A stretch of DNA of 64,000 nt from Dehalococcoidia bacterium (GCA_965115955.1 OZ220473.1:2662410-2726409); one strand, 5' to 3'. Positions 1 through 10,099 are shown, counted from the stretch's first letter. Notes: a model not told the origin generated them from the letters alone. Translations and numbers: made by a program.

Positions 1-470
1 CCTATTTTTCCGAACTGCATCGCTTCTGCCGTAATAACGTCATTCCGCTGGCCGTGGTCAGCCAGGGTTTGGATTTCTATATATCGGCCTTGCTGGAGCG
101 CGACGGCTTCGGCGACCTTCCCATATATGCCGTAGACACCAGCTTCGAAAAGGGGCGCATCGCCTATCACTACAACCACGCCTACCCAGGTAAGGAAATT
201 CAGGGCAATTCCAAGGCCCTGATTGTTGAGCAGTACCAGCGTTGGGGATACTTCGTAGTGTTTGCAGGAGACGGCGCGTCGGATCAGGAGGCGTCTCGCC
301 AGGCGGATATGGTTTTTGCCCACCGGACGCTGGCGCGCTACTGCGAAAAAGAGGGCATAGCGTATAGTCCGTTCCAAGACTTCAAGTCTATCCTCCTGGC
401 GGTGCGCGAGCTTCATATGAACGGCGCGAAACCCGAAGTGACGCCGCCGCAAAACCTTATGGGGCCTTAA
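1..470 (+). CDS. HAD-superfamily phosphatase (MtnX/phosphoserine-phosphatase-like), 5' end outside window
   Basis: Frame 3 is open from base 3 (YFSELHRFCRNNVIPLAVVSQGLDFY...), so the listed Met at 54 is internal. 'VVFAGDGASD' fits HAD motif III. Stop at 468-470. Confidence 0.6.
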   Translation, partial: YFSELHRFCRNNVIPLAVVSQGLDFYISALLERDGFGDLPIYAVDTSFEKGRIAYHYNHAYPGKEIQGNSKALIVEQYQRWGYFVVFAGDGASDQEASRQADMVFAHRTLARYCEKEGIAYSPFQDFKSILLAVRELHMNGAKPEVTPPQNLMGP

Positions 471-472
471 CA

Positions 473-1789
473 GTGATTGACCGATACTCACGGCCCGCAA
501 TGAAGCGGGTGTGGTCCGACGACAACAAATACGAAAAGTGGCTCGCCGTTGAGCTTGCCGTCTGCGAAGCGTGGTGTGAAGAAGGGGTTATACCGCCCGA
601 TGACCTGGCGCGGCTGAGGAAGGCCAAATACGACCCTCAACGAATGGATGATATCTTCCAGACCACCCGCCATGACGTCACCGCGTTCATTTCGTCCATC
701 ACCGAGGCCATGGGACAGGAGGGTCGGTGGCTCCACCTGGGGCTGACGTCCAGCGATATGCTGGACACCGGCCTGGATCTGCAGCTTGTCGAGGCCGGGG
801 GGTTGCTTTTGGGTGAAATGGACCAGGCCATTTCCGCCTTGTGGGAACAGGCGCTGCGCCACAAAGACACCCTGATGATGGGCCGCACGCACGGGGTTCA
901 CGCAGAGCCGATTACTCTGGGGCTTAAGCTGGCCCTGTGGTGGGACGAAATGAACCGCCAGAAAAGTCGGCTGGAGGCGGCCCTGGAGACGGTGCAAGTC
1001 GGCAAGATCTCCGGCGCCGTGGGCACCCACGCCACGGTGCCTCCCTCAGTGGAAGAGCGCGTATGCAGGCAACTGGGGCTGAAGGCGGCCGGAGTTTCCA
1101 ATCAGGTTGTCCAGCGGGATCGCTACGCCCACTTCGTTACGACCCTGGCGCTGGTCGCCGCATCCCTGGAGAAGTTCGCCACCGAAATACGATCGCTGCA
1201 GCGCACCGAGATCCATGAACTGGAGGAACCTTTCGGACACGGCCAGACCGGTTCCTCTTCCATGCCGCACAAGCGCAACCCGGAACTGGCCGAGCGCATC
1301 TGCGGGCTGGCCAGGCTGATCCGCGGCAACTCGATAACCGCCCTGGAAAACGTCGCGCTCTGGGGCGAGAGAGACATCAGCCACTCGTCGGCGGAACGTA
1401 TCATCCTGCCCGATTCCTGCCTGGCCCTGGATTACATTCTGAGCGTTTTCACGCGCATCATCGAAGGGCTGAATGTGTTTCCCGACAGAATGCAGGCCAA
1501 CATCGAGAGCAGCAGAGGGCTGGTCTTCAGCCAAAGGGCTCTGCTGGAATTGGTGGAGAAGGGGCTGGCCCGCGAGGGCGCATACAAAATTGTTCAGACC
1601 TGCGCTTCCCGCGCCTGGGATGAAGGCAGAGACTTCCGCGACCTGCTGAGATCCGACCGGACGGTTGCTGCGTACCTTACTCCGGAAGAGCTGGAGAGCC
1701 TGTTCGACTATAGCTACTATACCCGCTATATCGATGACATATTCATGCGGCTCGGGCTTCTGCCTTCCCGTGTTGGCAGTAGAGAGTAG
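473..1789 (+). CDS. purB: adenylosuccinate lyase
   Basis: 438 aa with a GTG start giving MIDRYSRP. Fumarate-lyase signature 'GSSSMPHKRNP'. Starts 2 nt after the upstream stop. Confidence 0.95.
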   Translation: MIDRYSRPAMKRVWSDDNKYEKWLAVELAVCEAWCEEGVIPPDDLARLRKAKYDPQRMDDIFQTTRHDVTAFISSITEAMGQEGRWLHLGLTSSDMLDTGLDLQLVEAGGLLLGEMDQAISALWEQALRHKDTLMMGRTHGVHAEPITLGLKLALWWDEMNRQKSRLEAALETVQVGKISGAVGTHATVPPSVEERVCRQLGLKAAGVSNQVVQRDRYAHFVTTLALVAASLEKFATEIRSLQRTEIHELEEPFGHGQTGSSSMPHKRNPELAERICGLARLIRGNSITALENVALWGERDISHSSAERIILPDSCLALDYILSVFTRIIEGLNVFPDRMQANIESSRGLVFSQRALLELVEKGLAREGAYKIVQTCASRAWDEGRDFRDLLRSDRTVAAYLTPEELESLFDYSYYTRYIDDIFMRLGLLPSRVGSRE

Positions 1790-1856
1790 AGCAGCCCGCA
1801 AGCGTTGAATAGCAGCCACAACAAGAATCCGGACGCTGAAAACAGAGGAAAAACGC

Positions 1857-2762
1857 ATGATTATGGAAACTCCGTTGCCCGGTCGGATGCACCGGGGCAA
1901 GGTGCGCGATACCTACGACCTGGGCGGAGGACGCCTGCTGATGGTGGCGACCGACCGCATTTCCGCTTTCGACGTGGTGCTGCCCACCGGCATCCCCGAC
2001 AAGGGTCTTGTGCTGAATCGCATCTCCGCTTTCTGGTTCGCCAGGACCGCCCACATCGTTCCCAATCACCTGATCTGCCTGGCCGACTCGCCGGAGGCGG
2101 GCGAGTATCTCGCCGGAAGGAATGGCGCCGGGCTGAATGCCTTGCTGCCGATGGAGGTAGCCCGGCAGTCGATGGTGGTCAAGAGGGCGGAGCGAATCGA
2201 CATCGAGTGCATCGTCCGGGGATATATCACCGGGTCGGCGTGGTCCGAATACCGGCGGCAGGGCACGGTGCAGGGGATGGAGATGCCGGCAGGACTGGTC
2301 GAGGGCCAGCCCTTCCCGGAGCCGCTGTTCACTCCCACCACCAAGGCAGAGGAAGGCCACGACGAGAATATGTCCCGACAGCAGGTTGTCGAAATGGTGG
2401 GCGACGAAATGGCCGCCAAACTGGAAGAGACCAGCAAGGTCGTTTACGGGTTGGCTGAGGAGTACGCCCGCAGTCGCGGCATCATCCTCGCCGACACCAA
2501 AATGGAGTTTGGAGTTCTGGACGGCCGGTTGATCCTGATCGACGAGCTGCTGACTCCCGATTCCAGCCGCTTCTGGGATGCGGAAGGATACAGCCCCGGG
2601 CGTTCGCAGCCCAACTTCGACAAGCAGTTCGTAAGGGACTGGCTGGATGCCCATGACTGGAATCACGAACCGCCGGCGCCTGAACTGCCTGGTGAGGTAG
2701 TTTCCCGCACTACTGAACGCTACCGCGAGGCTTATATACGGCTCACGGGCGAGGAGCTCTAG
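1857..2762 (+). CDS. purC: phosphoribosylaminoimidazole-succinocarboxamide (SAICAR) synthase
   Basis: 301 aa. Contains 'GKVRDTYDL...LLMVATDRISAFD' and 'ILADTKMEFG', typical of long-form PurC. Confidence 0.95.
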   Translation: MIMETPLPGRMHRGKVRDTYDLGGGRLLMVATDRISAFDVVLPTGIPDKGLVLNRISAFWFARTAHIVPNHLICLADSPEAGEYLAGRNGAGLNALLPMEVARQSMVVKRAERIDIECIVRGYITGSAWSEYRRQGTVQGMEMPAGLVEGQPFPEPLFTPTTKAEEGHDENMSRQQVVEMVGDEMAAKLEETSKVVYGLAEEYARSRGIILADTKMEFGVLDGRLILIDELLTPDSSRFWDAEGYSPGRSQPNFDKQFVRDWLDAHDWNHEPPAPELPGEVVSRTTERYREAYIRLTGEEL

Positions 2763-2804
2763 ACTTTCGCCCGCGATTCGGAAACGCCCTCATGGAGATG
2801 CTCA

Positions 2805-3491
2805 TTGCCCGAATCCAGACACCGCCGCAACCGGCAGCCGCGGAATCTTGAGATTTCCCGGACTACGCAGCGCAGCGGCACCAGCAAATTTGTTCTTGTC
2901 GTATCGATAATAATTGCAGTCCTGGTGATAGGCAGTTTTGCCCTTGGTCCCATACTTGATAGCCTGCAGAACAGGGAAGAAATCTCCTACGGGTCGGCGG
3001 CGGCGTATGTCGATGGTGTCGGCATTAAGCAGGACATCATGCGCACCAAGAACCACGTCGACCTGGACAGTAATCCGGATAACGATGACGTAGTCTACAA
3101 CTCTGTGCCGCCTACGTCCGGTGATCACCAGAGCGTTGCTCATAGATGCGGGTTCTTTACCGACCCGGTGCCGGACGAACAGATAGTTCACAATCTGGAG
3201 CACTCCAACATCGTTATCAGCTACAATCTGCCCAACCAGGCGGATGTCGAGGCGCTGGAAAACGTTTATAACGACCTTCAGGAAGGCTGGCGCAATCACT
3301 TCACCATCGCCCGCCCTTACGATCAAATCAAGGAAGGGCAGGTGGGGCTTTCCGCCTGGGGGGTGCTGGACGTGATGGATGGTGTGGACCAGGCCAGGAT
3401 CGAAAGATTTTTCGAGCACTATGTCGGCAGGTTGGGGCCAGAGGGTGCAGTATCCTGCCGAGGCGCACAAACCAGTATGCCCGGCGGCTGA
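2805..3491 (+). CDS. membrane-anchored DUF3105-like protein
   Basis: 228 aa. One N-terminal TM helix (FVLVVSIIIAVLVIGSFALG). 'PPTSGDH' and 'VHNLEHSNIVISY' match the DUF3105 pattern as I remember it. Only a TTG start is available at 2805. Confidence 0.7.
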   Translation: MPESRHRRNRQPRNLEISRTTQRSGTSKFVLVVSIIIAVLVIGSFALGPILDSLQNREEISYGSAAAYVDGVGIKQDIMRTKNHVDLDSNPDNDDVVYNSVPPTSGDHQSVAHRCGFFTDPVPDEQIVHNLEHSNIVISYNLPNQADVEALENVYNDLQEGWRNHFTIARPYDQIKEGQVGLSAWGVLDVMDGVDQARIERFFEHYVGRLGPEGAVSCRGAQTSMPGG

Positions 3492-3497
3492 TTGGGT

Positions 3498-3758
3498 ATG
3501 ACCTACCTGGCCAGGATATACGTGACCCTTAAGCCGGCGGTCAGCGACCCTGCAGGGCAGACGGTACTGGCCGCCCTGCGGCGGATGGGCCACGAATCGG
3601 CGAAGGACGCCCGCATCGGAAAATACCTGGAGCTTCGAATCAGCGGCCAGGACACGGATGCTGTTCAAGAATCGGTAGACAGGATGTGCCAGGATCTGCT
3701 GTCCAACCCGGTGATCGAAGATTATCGTTTCGAACTGGAAGAAATCGTTCTTCCCTGA
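3498..3758 (+). CDS. purS: phosphoribosylformylglycinamidine synthase subunit PurS
   Basis: About 86 aa from ATG 3498: 'ARIYVTLKPAVSDPAGQTVLAALRRMG...'. The track ORF starts 6 nt earlier at TTG 3492. Confidence 0.9.
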   Translation: MTYLARIYVTLKPAVSDPAGQTVLAALRRMGHESAKDARIGKYLELRISGQDTDAVQESVDRMCQDLLSNPVIEDYRFELEEIVLP

Positions 3759-4108
3759 AAACGACACAAATGGCCCGGATACGCTTTATGCGTCCCTCTG
3801 GGCGGCTGCCCGTATCCGGAGGGGAGAGAGCTAATAGATCTACCGGAGCCGTGACTCTGTTCAAGACCTTCGAGCGCATTGATCGCTGGGGTTCTGCCAA
3901 CCCTGCAATGGTGTCGGCCTCTGTTGATCCTCGCGCTCCCGCCAGCACCGCCTGCGACGGCCGGGTGTTTCGGAGCGACGACAGCGGCGAAACCCGCAGC
4001 AGTCCCTTGATGCTGGGAAAGGCCCTCGAAGTCCAGACTGCGGCTGAGGAGTAGCCTGGATTTCCCGGGCTGCTGATCGCCTTATGGTCGTCTGATGCCC
4101 ATACTTTG

Positions 4109-4134
4109 GAGGGACGCACACTGGTGCGTCCCTC
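4109..4134 (+). terminator. hairpin GAGGGACGCAC-ACTG-GTGCGTCCCTC followed by a T-containing tail
   Basis: 11-bp perfect stem read directly from the sequence. Lies about 40 nt upstream of the ABC ATPase start. Could terminate the purS transcript or act as a leader structure. Confidence 0.4.
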
Positions 4135-4171
4135 TCCATTTGCTGTCTTCGGATAAGGTGGAAAGGCGCTG

Positions 4172-5758
4172 TTGGAGCAGCAGAGCATGATTCCCTCCCT
4201 TCAAGACAGCGCTGGTGAAGCGTCGCCGCCTATGCTGGAGCTGTATGGAATCACCAAGCGCTTCCCCAATGTCACTGCCAACGACAATATCGACCTGTTG
4301 GTTCAGCCGGGAGAGATTCACGCCGTATTGGGGGAAAACGGATCTGGCAAGACCACCCTTATGAAAGTCATCTATGGATACCATGCTCCCGACGCCGGCT
4401 CCATATTCGTCGACGGCCGTCCGGTCAGGCTTGACTCTCCTTCCGTCGGAAGGCGCCTGGGTATTGGAATGGTGTTCCAGGACTTTTCATTGATACCGGC
4501 GTTGTCGGTGGCGGAGAATGCGGCGCTGTTTTTGCCTGGGCAGGGACGGATTCTGCGCAGGAGACAACTGTCGCGGCGCATCCGGCAGCTCGCAGACGGG
4601 TATGGTTTGGGAATAGACCCCGGCAGACGGGTTGGCGAGCTTTCCCTGGGCGAGCGACAGAAGGTAGAACTGATCAAGCTGCTGCTCACGGGAGCGCGAT
4701 TGCTGATATTCGACGAGCCTACCAGCGTGCTTGCTCCGCATGAAGTCGAAGGCCTGTTCCGGCTGTTCTCCTCGCTGAAAGCAAACGGTTATTCCATCTT
4801 GTTTATTACCCATAAAGTACAGGAAGCTTTGGCGGTCGCCGACCGGGTTTCCGTGCTGCGGCGCGGTCGGCTGGAGGTGGCAGCTCCGCGCAGCGCCTTT
4901 AATGCGGAAAGCCTTGTAGCCGCCATGGTCGGCCGTGGTAACCCGGAACAAGCACGTACCCCGTATCGGCATCGCGAGATCGGGGAGACTGCTCTGGAGT
5001 TCCGCAGCGTAACTGCCGGCAATTACGCATCAGGCGCCGGCGGGACGAGGGGGCTTGACTCCGTAAGTTTCAAGGTCAGCCGGGGCGAAATCCTGGGGGT
5101 AGCCGGAGTAGCCGGCAATGGGCAGAGGGATTTGGGAGAGGTCCTTCTGGGGCTGGAACCCGTCTGGAGCGGCAGCATCAAGCTGTTCGAGCTGCCGTTA
5201 ACGGCGCACTCCGCTGCTGACGTTCTCGGGCATGGAGTGGCAGTCATTCCTGAAAATCCAATGGCAGACGCTATGGTTCCTGAGATGCGGGTTGACGAAA
5301 ACCTCTTTCTCGCCAGAGTCGCAAGGGGCGGCCACAGGGGATTCTGGATGGAGCGAAAGAATATTTCCGCCAATGATGATCGCGTTCGAGGCGAATTTCC
5401 CTTTCCACTGGCGGAACCCGGCGCTCAAGTCCGGCGTCTCTCGGGCGGCAACGTCCAGAGGGTGCTACTGGCCGGTGAACTTGGGCGCGAAGTGTCGGTT
5501 CTGCTGGCCTGCTATCCCACTCGCGGCCTGGACGTGGCGAGCGCTGACTCCGCCCGACGCCTGCTGCTGGATCGCAGGGATGCGGGAGCGGCTATAGTGC
5601 TGGTATCCGAAGACCTCGACGAGCTGTTTGCCCTGAGCGACCGCCTGCTGGTGATGTACAGAGGGCGGATTGTGGGGCAGTTTGCGACCAGCGAGGTTTC
5701 CATGCAGGAGATAGGGCTGATGATGACAGGACAGGCCGCTTCTCAGGGCTCCCTTTGA
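4172..5758 (+). CDS. ABC transporter ATP-binding protein, duplicated NBD (BMP/nucleoside-sugar type)
   Basis: 528 aa. Two Walker A sites ([18 protein letters not shown]) and two signature motifs (LSLGERQ, LSGGNVQ). An alternative ATG start is at 4187. Confidence 0.9.
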   Translation: MEQQSMIPSLQDSAGEASPPMLELYGITKRFPNVTANDNIDLLVQPGEIHAVLGENGSGKTTLMKVIYGYHAPDAGSIFVDGRPVRLDSPSVGRRLGIGMVFQDFSLIPALSVAENAALFLPGQGRILRRRQLSRRIRQLADGYGLGIDPGRRVGELSLGERQKVELIKLLLTGARLLIFDEPTSVLAPHEVEGLFRLFSSLKANGYSILFITHKVQEALAVADRVSVLRRGRLEVAAPRSAFNAESLVAAMVGRGNPEQARTPYRHREIGETALEFRSVTAGNYASGAGGTRGLDSVSFKVSRGEILGVAGVAGNGQRDLGEVLLGLEPVWSGSIKLFELPLTAHSAADVLGHGVAVIPENPMADAMVPEMRVDENLFLARVARGGHRGFWMERKNISANDDRVRGEFPFPLAEPGAQVRRLSGGNVQRVLLAGELGREVSVLLACYPTRGLDVASADSARRLLLDRRDAGAAIVLVSEDLDELFALSDRLLVMYRGRIVGQFATSEVSMQEIGLMMTGQAASQGSL

Positions 5759-6825
5759 ACCTCTGGCGGAATCTCTCTGCCTACACCCTTTCCTGGCGGA
5801 AGATCAGCGAGGCGTTCGCCAGCCATTCCGCTCCACGCCCTGCGCTGGGGATAGTCCTGGCCTTTGGGGCCTTTGCGCTGTTCCTGGCAGTCTCCGGCCG
5901 CAATCCCTTCAATACGCTCCTGGGGGCCTGGAACGGCGTTATTGGCAGTTCATTCGGCTTGAGCGAAGTCGGGGTTACGATGATTCCTCTGACGCTGACT
6001 GCGCTGGCCACTGCCATACCCGCCCGTGTCGGACTGGTCAACGTGGGCGGCGAAGGGCAACTGTACGTTGGCGCGTTGACCGCGACCGGGGCGGCTCTGT
6101 ATTTCCCGACAGAGCAGATATGGCTGATGCTGCCAGTTATGGCCATCGCCGGATGCGCCGGGGGCGGACTGTGGGCCGCCTCGGCAGCCCTGCTGAGGCG
6201 GTGGAGAGGGGTCAACGAAGTCATTTTCACGCTACTGGCAAACTATGTGGCGATTCTGCTGGTGAACGCGCTCGTGTTCGGCCCGTGGAAGAATCCGGAT
6301 GGGCTTGGCTACCCATACACCGCGCCGTTCGACGCAGCGGCCATTTTTCCTGCCATCGCCGGGACGCGGTTTCACTGGGGGTTCCTTGCCCCGGCGATGG
6401 CGCTGCTTGTCGCTTACGTGATCCTGACGCGGACTTTCTGGGGATTCAAGATGAGGGCCATCGGCGGAAACCCGGAAGCCGCGCGCCGGCGGGGCATAGC
6501 AGTAGACAAGTATGTCATGGCTGCCATGGTTGCCGGGGGCGGGCTGGCCGGACTGGCCGGCATGGTGGAAGTATCGGGCATACACCACGACCTGCGTCCG
6601 GGAATCTCGAACAACCTGGGATACCTGGGGCTGCTGGCGAGCTGGCTGGCCGGTCACAACTCGGCGGCAATTGTGGCCGCGTGCTTTATGATTGCGGCGT
6701 TCCTGGTAGCCGGAGACGTGTTGCAGTTGACGGCCGGGTTGCCTTCGTCCGCCGGGCTGATCCTTATTGGCCTGGCCCTGTTCTTGGCGCTTGGCCTGCG
6801 ACGGGCCGGGCGGAGCTCCCTGTGA
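5755..6825 (+). CDS. ABC transporter permease (BMP-family system)
   Basis: 356 aa, polytopic hydrophobic protein. 4-nt overlap with the ATPase stop. Confidence 0.85.
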   Translation: MNLWRNLSAYTLSWRKISEAFASHSAPRPALGIVLAFGAFALFLAVSGRNPFNTLLGAWNGVIGSSFGLSEVGVTMIPLTLTALATAIPARVGLVNVGGEGQLYVGALTATGAALYFPTEQIWLMLPVMAIAGCAGGGLWAASAALLRRWRGVNEVIFTLLANYVAILLVNALVFGPWKNPDGLGYPYTAPFDAAAIFPAIAGTRFHWGFLAPAMALLVAYVILTRTFWGFKMRAIGGNPEAARRRGIAVDKYVMAAMVAGGGLAGLAGMVEVSGIHHDLRPGISNNLGYLGLLASWLAGHNSAAIVAACFMIAAFLVAGDVLQLTAGLPSSAGLILIGLALFLALGLRRAGRSSL

Positions 6826-7742
6826 GCGCCTTCTGGGTGGTTGTCAGCGGCGCCCTGACCGGAGCGGTAGGCCCTGGAATTTCGGTATTGTATGCGGTGT
6901 ATGGCGAGCTGATAACGGAAAGGGCGGGCCGCATCAATCTGGGAATGGAAGGATGTCTGCTGATGGGGGCCTGCTTCGGCTTCCTGACTACGGCGGAGAC
7001 CGGGTTAGCGGGAGCGGGAGTCCTGGCGGGAATCGCCGCCGGCGCCATGGCTGCTTCAATCCACGCCTGTCTGATCGTTTTTCGCGACACCAATCAGGTG
7101 GCTACCGGCCTTGCGCTTACCCTTTTCGCCGGGGGGATCACCGCCTACGTGGGCCGGGACTACGCAGACAGCATCATCGACGGGCTCAATCCCATCTCCA
7201 TTCCCGGCCTCGCCGGAATACCGGTCTTGGGCGAAGCTCTGTTCCGGCAGGACATCCTGGCATACACAGCCTATGGAATCGGGCCGCTCCTATGGTTTGT
7301 CCTCCAATACACCCGGTGGGGGCTGAGCCTGCGGGCCGTGGGAGAAAACGCTGCGGTGGCTTTTGCCGCCGGACGCAACCCTGCCATGCTGCAATTCAGC
7401 GCCGTTGTGCTGGGGGGAGCATTGGCCGGCCTGGGAGGAGCGCAGTTATCCCTGGCGCTAACTCACACCTGGTCGGAAGCTATGACTGCCGGTCGGGGGT
7501 TCATTGCCGTAGCGCTGGTGATTTTCAGCCTCTGGTCGCCTATCCGCGGCATGCTCGGCGCCCTGCTTTTCGGGGGCGCCGTAGGGCTGCAACTACAGCT
7601 ACAGGCCTTGGGCGCTCCGGTTTCGCCCTTTCTGCTCGATATGCTACCATACGTGCTGCCCATAGCCGTGCTGACCGTTTGGACCGGCGCCGCCGACAGG
7701 GCCATGCCAGAAGGACTGAAGGAGATACTGCGCACCGGCTGA
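6822..7742 (+). CDS. ABC transporter permease (second subunit)
   Basis: In-frame GTG at 6822 overlaps the upstream TGA (GTGA) and gives [14 protein letters not shown]..., about 306 aa. The Arg/Gly-rich N-terminal extension of track ORF 6120..7742 overlaps the previous permease and is not believable. Confidence 0.85.
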   Translation: MSAFWVVVSGALTGAVGPGISVLYAVYGELITERAGRINLGMEGCLLMGACFGFLTTAETGLAGAGVLAGIAAGAMAASIHACLIVFRDTNQVATGLALTLFAGGITAYVGRDYADSIIDGLNPISIPGLAGIPVLGEALFRQDILAYTAYGIGPLLWFVLQYTRWGLSLRAVGENAAVAFAAGRNPAMLQFSAVVLGGALAGLGGAQLSLALTHTWSEAMTAGRGFIAVALVIFSLWSPIRGMLGALLFGGAVGLQLQLQALGAPVSPFLLDMLPYVLPIAVLTVWTGAADRAMPEGLKEILRTG

Positions 7743-7830
7743 TACGGATCACGCTGTACAGCAAGCGCCTGTTGCAATCAGCGCAAGCCTGCCGCGCTTT
7801 ACAGGGCGATGTGACCGGAGAGAGGATCAA

Positions 7831-8184
7831 GTGATTACTTACAATTGCATCATCCAGGAAGGAGTGATATCCGACGAGCAGCGCGAGATATTGAACTTGC
7901 GTTTGGTCCAGATCGGGGCCTCGGTTCTGAGCGTGGCCCCCGATGACATCACTGTGGACTATGAGGTAATCCCGCACGGGTTCGGGTTCCGTGGCGGCGA
8001 GCTTTCCGCTTCCTCGTCGGTCAGAAGCTCCATACCCGACGGCTTTACCCAGGAGAAACGGGTGGAGTTCATGCAGGCAGTACAGGATATGTGGATCGAA
8101 GTTACTGGACAAACTACCGCCGAGCTGGTGGTAGGCGCCGCAGACGCCAGTTACCGCAACTGCCAGAACCAGGCCAGCCAATAG
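7831..8184 (+). CDS. tautomerase-like small protein lacking Pro-1 (paralog of the next gene)
   Basis: 117 aa. Its layout parallels the downstream gene (MITYNCIIQEGVISDEQREIL... vs MPIYRFKVPADSVPFGQREKI...), but it begins Met-Ile rather than Met-Pro. Confidence 0.5.
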   Translation: MITYNCIIQEGVISDEQREILNLRLVQIGASVLSVAPDDITVDYEVIPHGFGFRGGELSASSSVRSSIPDGFTQEKRVEFMQAVQDMWIEVTGQTTAELVVGAADASYRNCQNQASQ

Positions 8185-8204
8185 ACCAGATCAGGAGAGA
8201 ATCA

Positions 8205-8600
8205 ATGCCTATCTATCGCTTCAAGGTTCCCGCAGACTCTGTTCCTTTCGGTCAGCGCGAGAAGATCGCCGTGGACGTTACCAACATCCATTGCGGCTCA
8301 ACGCTCGCTCCTCGCCACTTCGTTCACGTATTCTTCGACGAGCAGCCCGATGGCGAATCCGGATACCCCACTCGCTATTATCTGGACGCTATCAACCGGG
8401 CCGGGCGTCCCCAGGAGGTCAAGGACAAGCTGCTGAATGACCTGCTGGACTGCTTCGTCGCTAACACTGGCGTATCCCGGCAGGAGATAAGCGGGCGTAT
8501 CGGTGAGACGCCCGCTTCATGGGCAATGGAAGGCGGGGCTGTGCTGCCCGAACCGGGACAGGAAACCGCCGAATGGTACGCTCACGTTACTGCCGACTAG
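8205..8600 (+). CDS. tautomerase family protein (4-OT/MIF superfamily, Tautomerase_3-like)
   Basis: ATG 8205 is preceded by AGGAGAGA. 131 aa starting Met-Pro (catalytic Pro-1 position). C-terminal 'WAMEGGAVLPEPGQE' resembles the long tautomerase family. Confidence 0.7.
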   Translation: MPIYRFKVPADSVPFGQREKIAVDVTNIHCGSTLAPRHFVHVFFDEQPDGESGYPTRYYLDAINRAGRPQEVKDKLLNDLLDCFVANTGVSRQEISGRIGETPASWAMEGGAVLPEPGQETAEWYAHVTAD

Positions 8601-8608
8601 ACTGACTA

Positions 8609-9937
8609 TTGAAGGGGTGTGCTGTGCTGTCAGGGCTGTTTGCCAAAGTTCGCTGTTATTCCATTCCCGCAGTCCTGGCAGCAGCGCTGGCCATCCTGGC
8701 CGTTGCGTTGTTGTCCTGCAGCGAGGCAGAAACCCCTACCCGCGGCTCTGCGTCGTCGACCTCCTCGCCAACCTCCGCTTCCGCGCCTTCTCAGGCAGAT
8801 CTCGCTACTCCTTCGATGGAGCTGCTGGGCGGAGGGTCGCCCGATAAATTCATGCAGGTTTTCGACAATGGCAGAGCCGGCAGCTCCTTCCGTCCCGCCA
8901 TCGAGTTCGCCGCTGCCGCCCGCCCCCTGGCTCAGGGCGAGAAGCTGAAGGTTGGAATCATCTTCGTAGGGTCCCAGCGAGACTTGGGCTGGAATCAGGC
9001 CGCCGCACAGGGGGCCGATTATGTTGACCAAATCTTCTCAGACGTGGAGGTGCTGCGCGCTGAGAATGTGCCGGAGACTGCCGAAGTGCAGGAAGTAGCA
9101 GAGCGGATGATTCGGGAAGGGGCAACCATCATCATTCCCACCAGTTTCGGCTACTCCGGCCCCATCAAGGCCATATTAGACAAGCACCCCGAGGTGATGT
9201 TCCTTCACATGGGCGACCGGGAGATATTCGAGAACTACGGGTCATTCTTCGCCAACATCTGGCAGTTGGAATATGCCGCTGGCCGGGCTGCGGGAACGGT
9301 CACCAAGAGCAACAAGCTGGGTTTTATCGCCGCTTTTCCGATTCCTCCCAGCCTGCTTAACATCAACGCCTTTCACCTGGGCGCACAGTCGGTCAATCCA
9401 GACGTTGAGACCACGGTCGTGTTCACCAGCAACTGGTGCGATCCCGCCAGGCAGGTAACGGCAGTCAAGACTATGACAGACGCCGGCGTGGACGTCTTGT
9501 CCATGCACCAGGACTGTACCCACACGGTCGTAGAAGCGGCAGAACGGGCCGAAGCATGGGTGACCGGGTTCCATTACGATGCCAGCGCAATTGCCCCTAA
9601 TTACTGGATAACCGGCGCCGCCTGGAACTGGGGGCCGATTATGGCCCAGATTATCCATGAAATCCGCACCGGCGTTTATCGCAGCTCGGTGAAGCTCGCA
9701 GGTATAGATGCGGGCTGGGCCAAGCTGGCCCCCTTTGGAGGAGAGGTCGACGAAACGACGCGCGATCTGGTCATGGATACCGTTGAGGGCCTTCGCACCG
9801 GCGATATTTCCCCGTTCACCGGTCCTGTATACGACCAGGACGGCGAGATTCGCATCGCAGAGGGCGAGACCGCAACGGACGAATACTTGCAGAGTATAGA
9901 CTGGCTGGCGCAGGGGATCGCAGGTCGGACCAATTAG
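8609..9937 (+). CDS. BMP-family ABC transporter substrate-binding lipoprotein
   Basis: 442 aa. Lipobox 'LLSC' after a hydrophobic leader. 'KVGIIFVGSQRDLGWNQAA' is typical of the PnrA/Med (BMP) family. Confidence 0.9.
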   Translation: MKGCAVLSGLFAKVRCYSIPAVLAAALAILAVALLSCSEAETPTRGSASSTSSPTSASAPSQADLATPSMELLGGGSPDKFMQVFDNGRAGSSFRPAIEFAAAARPLAQGEKLKVGIIFVGSQRDLGWNQAAAQGADYVDQIFSDVEVLRAENVPETAEVQEVAERMIREGATIIIPTSFGYSGPIKAILDKHPEVMFLHMGDREIFENYGSFFANIWQLEYAAGRAAGTVTKSNKLGFIAAFPIPPSLLNINAFHLGAQSVNPDVETTVVFTSNWCDPARQVTAVKTMTDAGVDVLSMHQDCTHTVVEAAERAEAWVTGFHYDASAIAPNYWITGAAWNWGPIMAQIIHEIRTGVYRSSVKLAGIDAGWAKLAPFGGEVDETTRDLVMDTVEGLRTGDISPFTGPVYDQDGEIRIAEGETATDEYLQSIDWLAQGIAGRTN

Positions 9938-9963
9938 GCGCGACAGGTCGCAATATCAGGGAA

Positions 9964-10004
9964 CCCCGGTCTTTCTTGGGCAGACTGAAGAGACCGGGGT
10001 TTTT
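9964..10004 (+). terminator. rho-independent terminator
   Basis: CCCCGGTCT (9964-9972) pairs with AGACCGGGG (9991-9999) and is followed by TTTTT (10000-10004). Lies 27 nt after the SBP stop. Confidence 0.7.
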
Positions 10005-10099
10005 GCATTCCTGCGGGTTGTTCTTGCGCCGGGCTTTTGCAGACGCGGTGTTGTGGATATAAGGCCCAGATCTGGAGAATTTCCGGGAAGAGTCCGGCC

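Noticed and set aside
6120-6821. N-terminal 234 codons of the 540-aa track ORF 6120..7742
   Set aside because: This part is Arg/Gly/His-rich, lies entirely inside the preceding permease gene in another frame, and the GTGA-coupled start at 6822 gives a normal-length permease.
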